A stretch of DNA of 62,980 nt, counting the filler, from Reclinomonas americana ATCC 50394 (lineage: Eukaryota), in NCBI GenBank assembly GCA_048213135.1. It is 9 parts of 9 records of this genome, joined end to end, with 100 filler letters (N's around TTAATTAATTAA, not from the genome) between each part and the next. Parts side by side here need not be neighbours in the genome. Positions count along the whole stretch, not along the records: positions 1 to 14,335 come from AFZH01018053.1; positions 14,436 to 21,662 come from AFZH01018057.1; 7 more parts are not named here. The stretch is one strand, 5' to 3'. Position 1 is the stretch's first letter, and the number at the start of each line of letters is the position of its first letter. The notes beneath the pieces were generated by a model. That model worked only from the letters and a program-made list of their open reading frames with translations. It was not told the DNA's origin and did not search any database. Shown piece after piece: positions 1-16,802 of the stretch. The position numbers and the translations under genes were made by a program.

Positions 1-3000
1 ACTTGCTAACATCTCCACTAACGGCAGCCGCCTGCATCTGGGATCCGCGGCTGCCCGTGCTCCGACGATCCGACTGCAGTGCATTTTTCACAACATCGGA
101 AATGGTGTGCCCACCAGAATGCAGCGCTGGTGGCGGGCTGGCAAACTTCTGCAGCCTGATGGGCGGCGCGGGTTCGAGCGATTTCACGTATCCCAACCAG
201 CCGCTGCGTGCGGCGACAAGTAGACAACGATGTGAGCGGCGACAAATACACGGAATTGAAGCGTGGAGCAAATTCAACTCTCGATCCATGGCTTCCACCT
301 CCACTTGGCGCTCCCTGAATAGCGCCTCGATCCGCCGCACGTCTCGAGACTTGGAAAACAACATGATCACAGTGCGTTCAGGATCACTCTGTGCGGCAAC
401 TTTGATAAACGTGCCAACAAGCCCGCCCTCGGGGGGTATGCTGCAATTGTGCCTGATCACAAGCGCCAGTGATCTCCCGACGTCCGAATCGCCAAGCAGG
501 GCGCAGTACTGCGCGACCGTAGAGAAGTCAGTGCGACGACCGTGTTGCAGGCAGCACTGGTCACGAAGGCGACGCACGTAAGCAACAGCAATGTGCTCCC
601 ATCTGATATACACTGAGCACTCGTCTTGCACCGGTCGGCACGCGAGCTTAATTTCATTCTCCACTATAAGCACGGTGGCGACGAGGATCAAAACGAGAGT
701 CACCAAGCGGAGTGCAAGAAAGCGACGCAACTCAGAGTCAACGTCGCGTTTCCCACATTTTTGCGTGTGTGAAAGTGCACCTGTGCTCGAAAAACGCAGT
801 GAGAAAGCGCTCACGAAGACAGCCATCACCGGGAAAGCTCACCGCATCAAGTTTGATGCTTCTGCAACAAAAAGAATGGAGGGTCAGACAGAATGAGCGA
901 TGCCATGCAGGGAGCACTCCAACGATACTCACTGCCGTTGTGACGGAGCAGGGCGTTTAGTAGCCGGCTGATCCGCACTGTCACTCCGACCGTCATCAAC
1001 ATCATCCCTCGGGCGCTTGTTGGGCGGCTTGTTGGCATACGAGTTCATGGGGTCGGCCATTTTCTTCCGCGGCTTGCTTGCCTGCCCGCGTGAGACTTCA
1101 AGCACTGCATCGCCATCGTCGGCATCGCTGTCAACATTAACAACCTGCACCAGCAGTGCACGAAGAAGGGGAGCACGCGAGTGAGAAAATGAGACTTTTT
1201 TTGTCAAACTCGTGTTGTCTCTGATGCGCGCACCTCGCCAGCAGATAATCTTGGTGACGGTGACACCCCTGGTACCGTGTACCGTCGCGAAGTTTTGCCA
1301 GCCTCGTCAAACATGTTGTTTTGCTTGCCAGTCAGACTCATCACAGCTCACACACACACACGCAGACAACTGCGAGGACACACGCAATGTCAGTGTCAGC
1401 TGTGGTGCTCGAGCATCTCCTCCCTCCTTGTGTCATCTCCACACACACGCAAACGTGCACGCGCAAACACACATGAACTATGTAAGTGGGCGGAGGCAAA
1501 CCCCAATTTATCACACTCAACTGCGTACACCAACAACACACAGGAACTTGTTTCTCCGGCAGGTTGAATGCGTGTCCTCGCCCGTGCAAGTGTTGTGTTG
1601 CTTTCAGGTCTTCGCGCGTCTCTGTGTCGGCGACGACGGAGTGGTGATGGTATGGGGTCGAGTCGACGCGGGACATGGGGACATGGATTCAACCACGACG
1701 ACGTGCGTCGCTTCACTTAGGTGTGCGCCTCGAGAGACGCACACAATTCGGTCCACACCGGATGCATGTGCAAGGGTCGCCGCTCAGCATCCCCTGGAAC
1801 CATGCAAACGTCCGTGGGAAGCCGACTTTTGCGATGGTCCTCGGCGTGCTGCACGATAACAATTTTCTTTGCGGCCAGCACCTGGACCACAGAAAAGACG
1901 TATCCGACCTTGAACGAGGGCCCATCCCCGTCTGAGCGCACATGAATGGGTCGCCTCAGCTCCACAGTTGGCAGCATGGTGGTCAGCGGTCGGTCGCCGC
2001 CGCCGCCCGCCAGCGACCGCAATGGCAGCCGAGGTGGTGATACCGCCGCCGCCGCATGCAATGGTGGTGGTGGTGGTGGAGGCGGTGGAGAGAGGCCGTC
2101 CACCTCGACCGCCGCGGCGGCATCCGGGTCAGACAAATCCCCATCGTCGTCATCACCAACGTCGTCCTCTTCATCGTCGTCGTCGGCGTCATCGTCGGTA
2201 AATATGGGCGCCTGGGGCGACAAGAGCGAGCCTGTTGCTGTCTGGAAGCGGTTCGGATACACAGGCGTTGTGTTGTCGCTGGACGGCGTCATCTCCTGCG
2301 CGCTGGTGCGATCGTCACCGCCGCCGCCAGCCGCAGTGTCCCCGTCTGCTGAGTTGTCCCACATCCATCGCGGGCCCACCTCGTCATCCTGCGCGCAAAG
2401 CAAGCGTCACATACATCACGCCTGGTCAATGGCTGTGTGTGCGTGTGACTTACTTGCAGGGGCAAGAGAGAGCTGGACACGGGCACAGACGACGACATTG
2501 CCGGCGGCGGCGGCGGAGCGAGTGTCACAGGTGCGTTCGGAATCGCCAGCTGTTTCGCCCAGTCCACCGGCTCTCGCAGACGCAACAGCAGCGCAGCGGC
2601 ATCGATCACCGTTGGACGATAGATCACCAGCTGCACGGGGAATGACACCGCGTAAGCGGCGACAAAACTTGATAATGGACTTTGATCGCATCGTCGACAC
2701 ACACACTCACCTCATCGCCGAGACCAGCATCACTGCAGTGCAGCAAGCCGACGTGCTCCGGTCGCATGACCGCCTGCGTCACATCGGACGACACTTGAAT
2801 CGCTCTGTGCCGCACGCCGTGAGCTCGCGCACAACACACACCGCCACACCACGCAGCGTCAACGCAACTCCGACACCGTCATGAGGCCCATCACGAGGAG
2901 GGTGCGACTGAGATCAGCACTGTCACCCTTTTGCGTCAGGGTTGTCCTCTCCAACAGCTCAAACGGCAACTCGACCATCTGCACCGTCCATCGATAAGCA

Positions 3001-6000
3001 GAGCAGTACCGATGGTGGGCATGAAGGGGCACAGCACGTAACGGCATCGAATCCAGCGGCACAGCCCTCGACCCCTGTGAAGCGCAACGCCGATCCGACC
3101 AACGACACCTTCATCGACACGCAAGTCACACCCGAGGCATCTGCTGGTGGCAGCAGAATCGGTGGAGCACACAATACTGGACCACTGCGTGCACGCGCAT
3201 CAGCAGACAGTGTGAGTGTGTGTGCAGAGTGCGCGTGAAAACGCACCCGTTTTCGAAAGCGGCGTCATCCTCCGCACACCACATGCACAGGGCGCGATAG
3301 TCGGCGAGTGATTCGTGCTCGGTGGCCACCCATGTATGCAGCATGCGGTGCGACACTGTGCTGCAAACATACGAGGGCGTGCTGTCGGGTGCGGGTGCGC
3401 TGCCGCCGACTGTGCCCGAGATCAGCGTCGAAAAATCCAAGTGGCGCAAGGAGAGCGGTCGTCCAATGTTGAAGCGGCGAAGCTGCGGAGCGGCCTGGTA
3501 CTCGGGGTGACAGGAGGTGCCAGCCGTGTGCTGCAGCCCGTACACAGACGATTCAAGCATGCCGGCAGCGGGTCTGTGCCAGAAAACGGTCGGTGGCTGC
3601 ACGAAATTGCCTAACAAACACAACAACTCACGCAACATTCGTTGCGCATCTTCGTCGCGAAGCTCTAGACGCAGAAAGCACGGACCGCGGAGCAGTGCCG
3701 TGAAACTGGCGTTGATGAGCAGCAACTGCTGCTGCGCCACAGCATAGGTGTGCTGCTGGCGAATGGGTATGGTGGACAGCACCGTGCCCGTGTCTGTCAC
3801 CACCTGCAGACGGTCGGTCGGGCGAACTAGGGGAACACCGGCGGGCAACTTTGCCATCTGCCGAGGACGTGAGAAGTGAGCAGACAAAAACGGGAGACAC
3901 CACATGTTGAATGTAACACGCACCAAACACAACGAACAGCGCTGCAGAGGTGACATGGCGTGCACCATCCACTCGTTGCGCAGTACCGGCACCTCGAGCA
4001 TCATTTCCAGCGGGATCGGGGACGCCGCCGACAGCGCACACGTGTAGACGAGCTCCAGCACTGTCGAAAAGTGCTGTCGATGAGCGACAGACAGCGGTCG
4101 GCGTCACAAAAAAACGGGAATTAACGAAACATGGATCGATCCAGCACCCACTCTGGTGCAGCGTTCGTGATCGCTCTGACGAGCCCTCCAGACCGCAGGC
4201 CCACTCAAAGAGCGCCTGCCAGCTATCTCCGTCCTGTACAAATGCGCGCCCAGCATATGATATGAGGCCAACACAAGCGGAAAATGGGCGGCGACAGGAA
4301 GACTGACACGCAACTGAGAAGATCGCACGGGGAGTGGCGAGTGGCGTTCCGCGACCGCCGACCGGAGGCGTTGGTGCGACAGCAGCTAACGTGGCAGTGG
4401 CAGCGGCAGCAGACGCTGCCGTCAATGTGCCACGCTCGTCAGTGCGGCTGACAATGTTGGCCGCTCGTTGCATGTGCGACAGCTGCTGCTGACGCAGTCG
4501 AACACAGCGCTGTGCGTACTGCTCGCACAACTCACGCACTTCCTCCGAGTCGTCTCCGATCGTCTGCACACACTCCACTCGTCAGACACGGTCGTTTGTG
4601 ATACACACGTGTGTGCAAGCACCACGCAACCTCTCGTGCGACACGTGCAATCTTGTCGGTCAACAACTGCAGCGTCGAGGCGTCGTGCTCCCAGTGCTGC
4701 AGAAAGGCGCAGAGGGCGGAAACTGTGCGTGTGAACACACGATGAGAAATACGCAGCGTGGCCGTGTATCTTCTCCAGCACACGCACTGGCGGCCACCAA
4801 CAGTGGCGGGAGCGTGCTCGCACGAGCGGCCCAGTTGAAGGCTCCGTTCTCGTCAAACAACGTCGAGGCCATGGGCTGAGGGTGGCAATAAGGCAGGGTA
4901 ACAAAGCAATCGGGAAATAATCGACGTTGGCTCACCATCTCAGGGGTTTCACCAACGCGGAGGCAGCGCATGCTGGAGAGTATGGCTCGTTCATCTGCTC
5001 ACGGTACAGCATGAGATGCCATCGCCATTGCTCAAAACACACGCGAGGTAGTCCCACGTACGCACCGCGCAGGAGCGCAATGAGCAGCAGGATGAGCGAG
5101 TCCGAGAACGAGACTGCGCCATCGAATTCGTCGACAACATCGGGCACCGCACCGGCGCGATCACCGGCAAACTATTGTGCGACATCGTCAGACGACACGT
5201 GACGTGCAAACCCCACTACGGCGCGACTCACCGACACGGACGGACGCCGACGCCGAGTGCTGGTCACCAGTGCCATGAGCGTCTCATGGAGGCGCAGATT
5301 GGTGACGGATTCGCGGGCACTCTGCAATCCGAGATGTCTTGCGCGGCCTCGCCAGTCAGCATCATCAATTAGAGAGACACGGGAGAGCGTGATTGCTCAC
5401 CTCTGCAGGAGACGCTGCAAGAGAACGCACGGGTCGCCCTTTGGTCGCGGCGACTCTGGCAGTCCATAATGCAACGCCTGCACGGCCGGATGTGACTGGT
5501 AGTCTGTGGTCTCCCGCAAGTGCTCCAAGAACGCTGTGGCAAAGACCGGGAACTCCACCGACGAATGCATGGCACCGATTCGAGACGACCAAAAGACGCG
5601 CGCCTCCCGCAGCACGAAAATCGACGTTGCATCAAACACATTGTCCAGCGCCAGCAGTTGCACTGCAACGGCAGCGATGAGCACGAAAAGTGCCAAAGAA
5701 GCGAGTTGCAGTTCGTCGTCGTCGTCGCTCACCATGCAAGCACGTCGACTGGATGCGAGTCTGCAACAGCAACACATGCTGCCGCACATCGACCACATCC
5801 TGTTCCATCAGCGATCGTAGTCGCTTCACGCGTTCCGCATCGGGCGAACCGCGACCGCACCAGAAACTGCCGACCTCCGCCCCGTCACGATGCATCGCAA
5901 CCATGTTGCCGAAATCCTGCTTGATTCGATCCTGCCAACAAAGGAAGCATGAGACCACGCCAGCAAACCGCAAGCAGTGCAACAGAGAGCACGAGCGAGA

Positions 6001-6637
6001 ACCAGCACATGACTGGTGTCGAGAATGGCGTTGACCAACTCCCGAATGAGCTGCATCAAGTCGGCCCCTGTCACGTGTCATGACGACCCGGTGAGTATAT
6101 GGTGCGCGAGGGGGCAACAGCGCCAGCCGTCACGCAACGGCGATCGGGAGGCGCTGCACCCTCCAGTGCGATAGCAGCAGCGGCCGAGTCCACCGCCGCC
6201 GACTGCGTTGGCGAAGGCTGCGTAGGCAACTGGACATATTGCTGCTGCGGTGGCTGCTGCTGCTGCTGCTGCTGACCCAATGCCCGCGCACGGTACCTCT
6301 GTTGTGTCTGCAGTCGGCTCTCTTGCTCCAGCAGGTGACTCGGCAGTGACTGTGCGCGGATTGCGCGCGAAATGCATGAGTGACTTTTTGTTGATGAATT
6401 GTGATCTGTGCTCTGTGTATGGGGGCGACTCAACTCGCAGCAGTGGCAGCACAGCGGCGAGGGTGCGACAGGCGCCACGTGCGCGGGCCACCAGCTCAGG
6501 CTCAATGCCGCCAGTGTCTGTGTGTTGATCATGATGAGAAGAAGTGAAAGAGAGTGATGGGGGGATATCGTGGCCAACCGCTGAGGTAGTAGAAGAGGTC
6601 TTGTGACTTGGTGAGAAGTACTTGCCCCACGCCTTCC

Positions 6638-6639
<2 letters not shown>
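1..6639 (-). CDS. Large multi-exon hypothetical protein; 3' end runs off the window start
   Basis: ATG at 6639 (MEGVGQVLLTKSQDLFYYLS). Minus-strand ORF pieces chain through GT-AG introns (5826-6074, 5397-5798, 3628-4578, 3126-4061, 1717-2403, 929-1207). The apparent stop at 929 lies in a CA|GTGAGT donor, so the frame continues (SIKLDA-VHFHTRKNVGNATLTL...). No family recognised; could be more than one gene. Confidence 0.55.

Positions 6640-6640
<1 letters not shown>

Positions 6641-6680
<40 letters not shown>
6641..6680. repeat. (TC)n(AC)n compound microsatellite
   Basis: Directly visible between the LysRS stop and the next ATG. Confidence 0.95.
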
Positions 6681-6726
6681 TGAGGGCGATGATTGATTAT
6701 CATGACACAGGACAGCTTCGTTCGTT

Positions 6727-9369
<2,643 letters not shown>

Positions 9370-9459
9370 GATTGCGGCGATGTCCTGCTTCGTTGTCAGC
9401 GTCGAACTGATCACAATACGCCTTCTTTTCGTGCACGCGCACACCAACCGCCGTCGTGT

Positions 9460-10689
9460 ATGGCATCCTCCTCTGGTGCGTTATATGATTTGACCTCACG
9501 AGCACGAGCGAGACGCTTGTGCCTTGTGTCTGTGCACTTACGTGCAAGCAGAATCCCCGCGCACGTGTGTGATCTTTGTTCACGGGCGTCTCTCGACAAG
9601 TGAGGACGTATACGTAGGAGAGAACCTCCAAATCGAGCACCCAGAGGTCACAGTGCGCCACTTCGACCACCGTCATCTCATCAATGGTGATTTTGTCACC
9701 CGAGTTCTGCGGCGCGATATGCGAAAGACAATCGGGGAGCCTGGCAGCAGGTCACGTGTGGTAGTGGTTGGCTTTGACGTCGGCAGCGTGTTAATTGCTT
9801 CCGCGCTGCAGCAGCTTGACTCCGTCGAGCGAGGTACTTTCCATTTTGCTTCTCCATGTTCATCAGCTGCGGCCTCGCTCATGCGTCACGCCAGGCTTTA
9901 TCAAGCACATTGTCGCTGTGAACCCCATTGCAACGCGAGTGGAGGCTCTCTTGGTGTGTCACCGGATCGAGACGGCAAGTGCATCAGCCGATCTGGACGC
10001 GGAGCGGTACTTCATCCGATCACTGCCGTGGTCATCTAGATCTGGCATCGGGCCGTGGTACCTGTCGGAGCCAGACTCCACGGTACGGAAGACCGCACTT
10101 GTTACACAGGTTTGCAAAGCAAAATGACGAATATGATGAATACCGCAGCGTGGCCGACCTTACCTTATATCTTCCTACGTTGTCACCGTAGGCCGCGCTC
10201 GGGTCGTCGAAGGGGTTCACTCTGTCCGTGGAAGAGTCATGGACAGTCAAGGAGATTGACCAAGTTGGCGTGCCATCAAGCACACAGAAAGGGGAGGGAG
10301 GGAGCGACAATCCACTCGAGGCTGGCAGCCGATTGGCCAGCGAGATCACCAACATTATCGTCGAGCCCAGGGAGTAGAAAAGATATTGATCATATCAAGA
10401 AGAACAGTGGGGCAAGCATTGGGAAACTGTTACTTCTCTCACACCACACCACCATGAGCAAGTTGCACTCCGGCCTGAAGCTGTGCACCACCCACTCCCT
10501 TGCATCGTTGGACAAACATCGAGTACCTTGTACGTAAGCTTGTCGTGCAAACGTTAACGGGCATCTCTCGCCTTGCCCTGAGCCACCACGTCATGGGTTC
10601 CAGCAGCAGCCTTCTGCAGAAAGTCGACAAAGGCACCACACTTCCGCAAGGCCTTCCAGCTCACAATGTGGCGCTTGGAGTATATATGA
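9460..10689 (+). CDS. Alpha/beta-hydrolase-like protein; 3' exons uncertain
   Basis: IFVHG oxyanion-like motif, VVVGFDVGS nucleophile-elbow-like motif, IKHIVAVNP strand. The 3' exon chain was not fully resolved. Confidence 0.5.
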
Positions 10690-10760
10690 AGTGTGAGATT
10701 GACGGCCTCGGAGGACATTGCGTTCTTTGCCGGAAACCAACACGACGAGATCCGGCAAGA

Positions 10761-12042
10761 ATGGGCTTCGAGTGGCGTGTGTTTGTGGAGTGCACGGCAC
10801 TCTCACCCGCGGCCATCGCCGAGCACGGGCCCACCCTGCGCTCTCTGACAGCCCTCGACAGCATGTCCACACAGCGCGTCGCAACATTGCCGCCGCAGCG
10901 CACCGACATTTATGTGCCTTGTGATACGCGGTCTGTGCTCGCCAGTGAGGTATGGTGGTGGTGGTGGTAGTGTGCTTGCTCGCTCATGCGTGTGGAGCGC
11001 AGGATCGGGGTCAAGCTGCGCGAAGGCGATTTGGAGGTCAAGGTCCGACGATGCAAGGCGGCCGACGAGGAGCGCCGACAGACCACATCGCCACCGCAGA
11101 TGGTGGATCGGTGGAAGAAGTGGTCGGTGGAGTACAGTTCGCCTGCGGATGGTGTGGTAGTGTGGGGCGGCACACTCAGTCAGTCATTCAGGCACTGACA
11201 ACGGCAACGCAGGCGTCCCGATCAGGGTGGAAGATGTGCTGGAGGTGCTCGATCGCCTGGTGCAAAGCAAGATGAAGAGCAAGTACAGCCGACCGGTGGA
11301 GGAGTACTTGCAGCGGTAAGTGCGGGTGCGCGGCCATGCGGCTGCTGTTGCGCGCTCACTATTTGAGCAACAACAGCACGCGAGGAAGGCACGTGGTTGA
11401 CGCGGTCGCGACAACTGCGGCGGCCGGAAGCGACTCGACCGTGTTTCTGACGGAGCATGGCTCGTCGGCGGCTGGCGAGGATGATGCACCGCGGCGAGCC
11501 GAGTCGCCACAGCCACCAGCGTTGCGTTTCTTTCTCTCTGTCTCTCACTCCGCTTGCAGTCGGGATTGTTCCTCATTGTTCTCCGGGCGCAGGGTGCCAC
11601 AACACTTGGTGGGTGTGCAGAAGCGCCGTGTGCAGGCATTCGCGGCCGGGTTCAAGTCGGTGGTCGTGGAGCTGGCGTACCTCGAATGCCAGTTGCTGCA
11701 ACTCAACGGCGAACCTGTTACGTTTCTATGCTACCTCCACTTCCACCGCCTCGATCGCACTCTGAACCGTGCACGCAGGCCGCGGAGCACCGGAAACGAC
11801 TGTTCTTCTCGTTGTCGGTGGAAAGCGACAAGCTGGCCGACGTACAACACTTCCTGCAAGCCACCAATGTGCCGATGCGAGTCATGATGTTTGTAGAGTC
11901 GCTGCGTGAGCACGCAACGGCAGCGTCGCCTTCTCCTCTACTTCTCTGGTCCGGCTACCCGAAGCTGGCGATAGAGATGGCCGACGTGGACGACGACGAC
12001 GAAGAAGACGACGACGAAGTGTCCTCGCGTCCGTCTCAATGA
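10761..12042 (+). CDS. CYTH-like (triphosphate tunnel) domain protein, 5 introns
   Basis: The spliced product has EWRVF, RTDIY, IGVKLREG.LEVK, WKKWS, VQKRR, VELAYL, SVES and SGYP in the order expected for CYTH-like proteins. Confidence 0.65.
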
Positions 12043-12053
12043 AACCCTGTCAC

Positions 12054-14104
12054 ATGTTGCTCTTGCAGCGCGGACTGTGTCGCATACCAGGCCGTCTGCT
12101 GGTGACAGGCGGACGAGCGCTGCTGACCACTGGCACCACTGAAAGCACAGTCAAGTCGACTGTGGAAGCAGGCAGCACGACTGCATCATCGACCACACTC
12201 GACGATGCAGAGGAGTCGGCCACGATTCGCGAGATTAGAAAGTGTTGCGTGCACGCAGAGTATGCGTGTGTGTATGTGTGACTCGCACACTCATCGCTCG
12301 CACACGCATACGCAGCACTGGGTCACCTGAAGCCAGGCAAGGTGGTGGCTGAGTTGGATCGGCACATTGTCGGGCAGACGGATGCAAAGCGCGCTGTCGC
12401 CATTGCTCTGCGTTGCGTCCTCCAGCCCCCCCTGCTGCGCACTGTGTGCGTGCGTGCTACTGAGAGTGGGTGCAGGCAATCGATGGCGAAGAACGCAGCT
12501 GCCGCGCGGCGTGCGCGACGAGTATGTGCCGCGTAACATTCTCATGATTGGACCGACAGGTGTTGGCAAGACCGAGATCGCCCGACGAGTGGCCAAGCTG
12601 TGCGAGTCGCCCTTCCACAAGGTGGAGGCCACGCAGTTCACCGAGGTCGGCTTCCACGGACGCGATGTGGATTCGATCATTCGCGACATGGTGGAGAGTG
12701 CGATCGTGAGGACGCGCACCAAGGTGAGAAAGCGAAGAGGGCGACGCTTCTCCAGTGACGCCTCATCTTGAATGGGAGGGGCAGATGCGTGAGGGTCTCT
12801 CCGAGGATGTGGTGTTGGCGGTGGAGGAGCGCATTCTGGAGGCTCTCACGGGACCCGACAGTCGACCGGCCACACGCGACACCTTTCGCAACATGCTACG
12901 CGACGGCCAGCTGGAGGATCGAATCATTGCGGTGGATGTGCCGGTGCACCATTCGGGCGGTGGCGGTCGCGATCTCATGGACGGCGTTCTCGGCGGCTCC
13001 AGTCACGGTGGCGGTGGCGCCGGCGGTGACTCGGGACTGGGAGTTGCGTGACGGCAAGTGTCGTCGTGGTAGCCGCGACGAGATGGTAACATCGTCGGGT
13101 GTGGTGCGACAGAGACTGGACGACCTGGTCTCCAACTTTCGGCAAATGATGGGCAGCTCGGCCACACGGCGGGTCATGATGACCGTGCGGAAGGCACGCC
13201 CCATCCTCGAAGAGAAGGAGGCGGAGGCGCTGGTGAATGAGGAAACGGTGGCGCGTACGGCCATTGAGTTGGTGGAGCAGTCGGGCATTGTGGTGATTGA
13301 CGAGATTGACAAGATTTGCACGCCGGTCGGTTCGCGCGACGGAGCCGACGCAAGTGCCGAGGGCGTTCAACGGGATCTGCTGCCACTCATCGAAGGATGC
13401 TCCATCTCCACCAAGTACGGCAACGTGTCGACCGAGCACATTCTCTTTATCGCCTCGGGAGCGTTCACACATTGCAAGCCGTCGGATCTGTTGCCGGAGC
13501 TGGTGAGCCGCTGCACTGTTGCTGTCGTCGTCATTAGTGGTTGTGTTACTAACGTGTTTCTTTGTTCATGTGTGTGCATGTACTTTTCGGAGAGCAGCAA
13601 GTTGCGTGACTGTCGTGAAACGCGACACGCACTCACCACTGGGAACTCACGACAACAACGTGCACACAGGGTCGCCTGCCGATTCGCGTGGAACTCAAAG
13701 CACTCACCCGGCACGACCTCGCACGCATCCTGCGCGAACCCGAAAACAACGTGATCCAGCAGCAGACGGAGCTGCTGCGCACCGAGGGCGTCATTCTCAA
13801 GTTCACCGACGACGCCGTCGACGAAATCGCCCGCCTCGCCGCCGAAGTCAACACCACCGTGGAGAACATTGGCGCCCGCCGTCTGCACACCATCATGGAA
13901 CGCGTCATGGAGGAAGTCAGCTTCGACGCACCCGACATGGCCAAGAACACGGTTAGTCACGGGTGCAGGAAGAATCCGAAGAAAACCATGTGCTGAACTC
14001 GTGTTCTGTTGACCTTGCAGACGGTGATTGTGGACAAGGCATTTGTGCGAAGGCGGATCGGCGATATGCTGTTGAAGACCGACCTCACGCGCTACGTGTT
14101 GTAA
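12054..14104 (+). CDS. hslU: ATP-dependent protease ATPase subunit HslU/ClpY with a mitochondrial-type presequence (7 introns; alternative in-frame ATG at 12039)
   Basis: [99 protein letters not shown]-terminal DLTRYVL. Confidence 0.96.
13598..13600 (+). other. Predicted 3-nt micro-exon (CAA, Gln) of HslU
   Basis: cag|CAA|gttgcg between introns 13503-13597 (TACTAAC at 13547-13553) and 13601-13669; restores the conserved PELQGR motif. Confidence 0.8.
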
Positions 14105-14198
14105 GCGACGACGGAAGTGCGACAATGTAGAAGTCCCTGTGTCAGTTGTCTCCTCTCGTTTGGCGATCGATAGTGTGTGTGTGTGTGTGTGTGTGTGA

Positions 14199-14852
14199 AT
14201 GGAGGTGGATCCGCCTGCACCAGAGGCCGCAGTGCCCTCTGCCGCTCGCATTCTCGACCAGCTTCTTGCCGACGAGGATGCCTTCAGTGACAGCGACAGT
14301 GAAGGCAGTGGTCGCGGTCGCCGCCATCGTCGGGGNNNNNNNNNNNNNNNNNNNNNNNNNNNNNNNNNNNNNNNNNNNNTTAATTAATTAANNNNNNNNN
14401 NNNNNNNNNNNNNNNNNNNNNNNNNNNNNNNNNNNAAGGACAACACACGGACCACTGTGGCCGCTGGAGCGTCTGTGGCGGTGGCTCAGAAGAACACCGC
14501 CACCGCCAGATCTGGTGCGTTGCCCTCCTGGTCTCTCACTCTGTCACGATCGTCGTGCGTCCCTCATTGTGCGACAGCCCCTGCAACGTGTTGGCGACTC
14601 GCCTTTCCTCAAGCACCGACTCAATGTGTTTGTCAAGCACTCGCGCGATGGAGTGGTGTGTCACGCCTCTCTGCATGTTCTTACCCGCGTCCTCGCTGAC
14701 GCGTGTGCGTGCAGCACGAACTGTCGCCCGCCGACGCCAAGCACGCTGAGCTGAGGAGACACATGAAGGAGAAGCTGCTGGGAGACGATCCGTTGCTCTC
14801 GTCGACAGACGAGGATGACGAGGAGAGAGAAGCGACACGGAACCGGAGGTAG
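14199..14852 (+). CDS. Hypothetical protein fragments on both sides of a gap (one gene or two)
   Basis: ATG 14199 (MEVDPPAPEAAVP...) is open into the gap. After the gap, three spliced exons end ...DEDDEEREATRNRR*. Confidence 0.45.
14336..14435. other. Artificial assembly gap spacer
   Basis: N44-TTAATTAATTAA-N44. Identical spacers at 21663-21762, 31530-31629, 37272-37371, 45768-45867, 47602-47701, 55009-55108 and 61745-61844. Confidence 0.97.
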
Positions 14853-14915
14853 TAGCGTGTTGTGTATCGATTTGCAGCGCGCGCGCCGTGGTAAACTCGA
14901 CGCTGTGTGCTGCTG

Positions 14916-16802
<1,887 letters not shown>

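Noticed and set aside
570..602. MGAHCCC myristoylation-like start
   Set aside because: That phase does not fit the next acceptor; the frame IRWEHIAVAY fits as part of an internal exon.
1946..2884. Long ORFs antisense to real genes (also 6962-7813, 13367-14251, 21715-22722, 27698-28792, 61984-62886)
   Set aside because: Shadow ORFs typical of GC-rich coding DNA, with no independent motifs.
12240..12320. Reading GTTGCG introns as non-canonical G|TT introns
   Set aside because: Shifting both junctions by one base creates an in-frame TGA at the first HslU intron; the GT-AG reading keeps all frames open.
14336..14435. Recurring TTAATTAATTAA flanked by Ns, as a repeat or element
   Set aside because: Identical 100-nt spacer with stops in all frames; an assembly linker, not biology.
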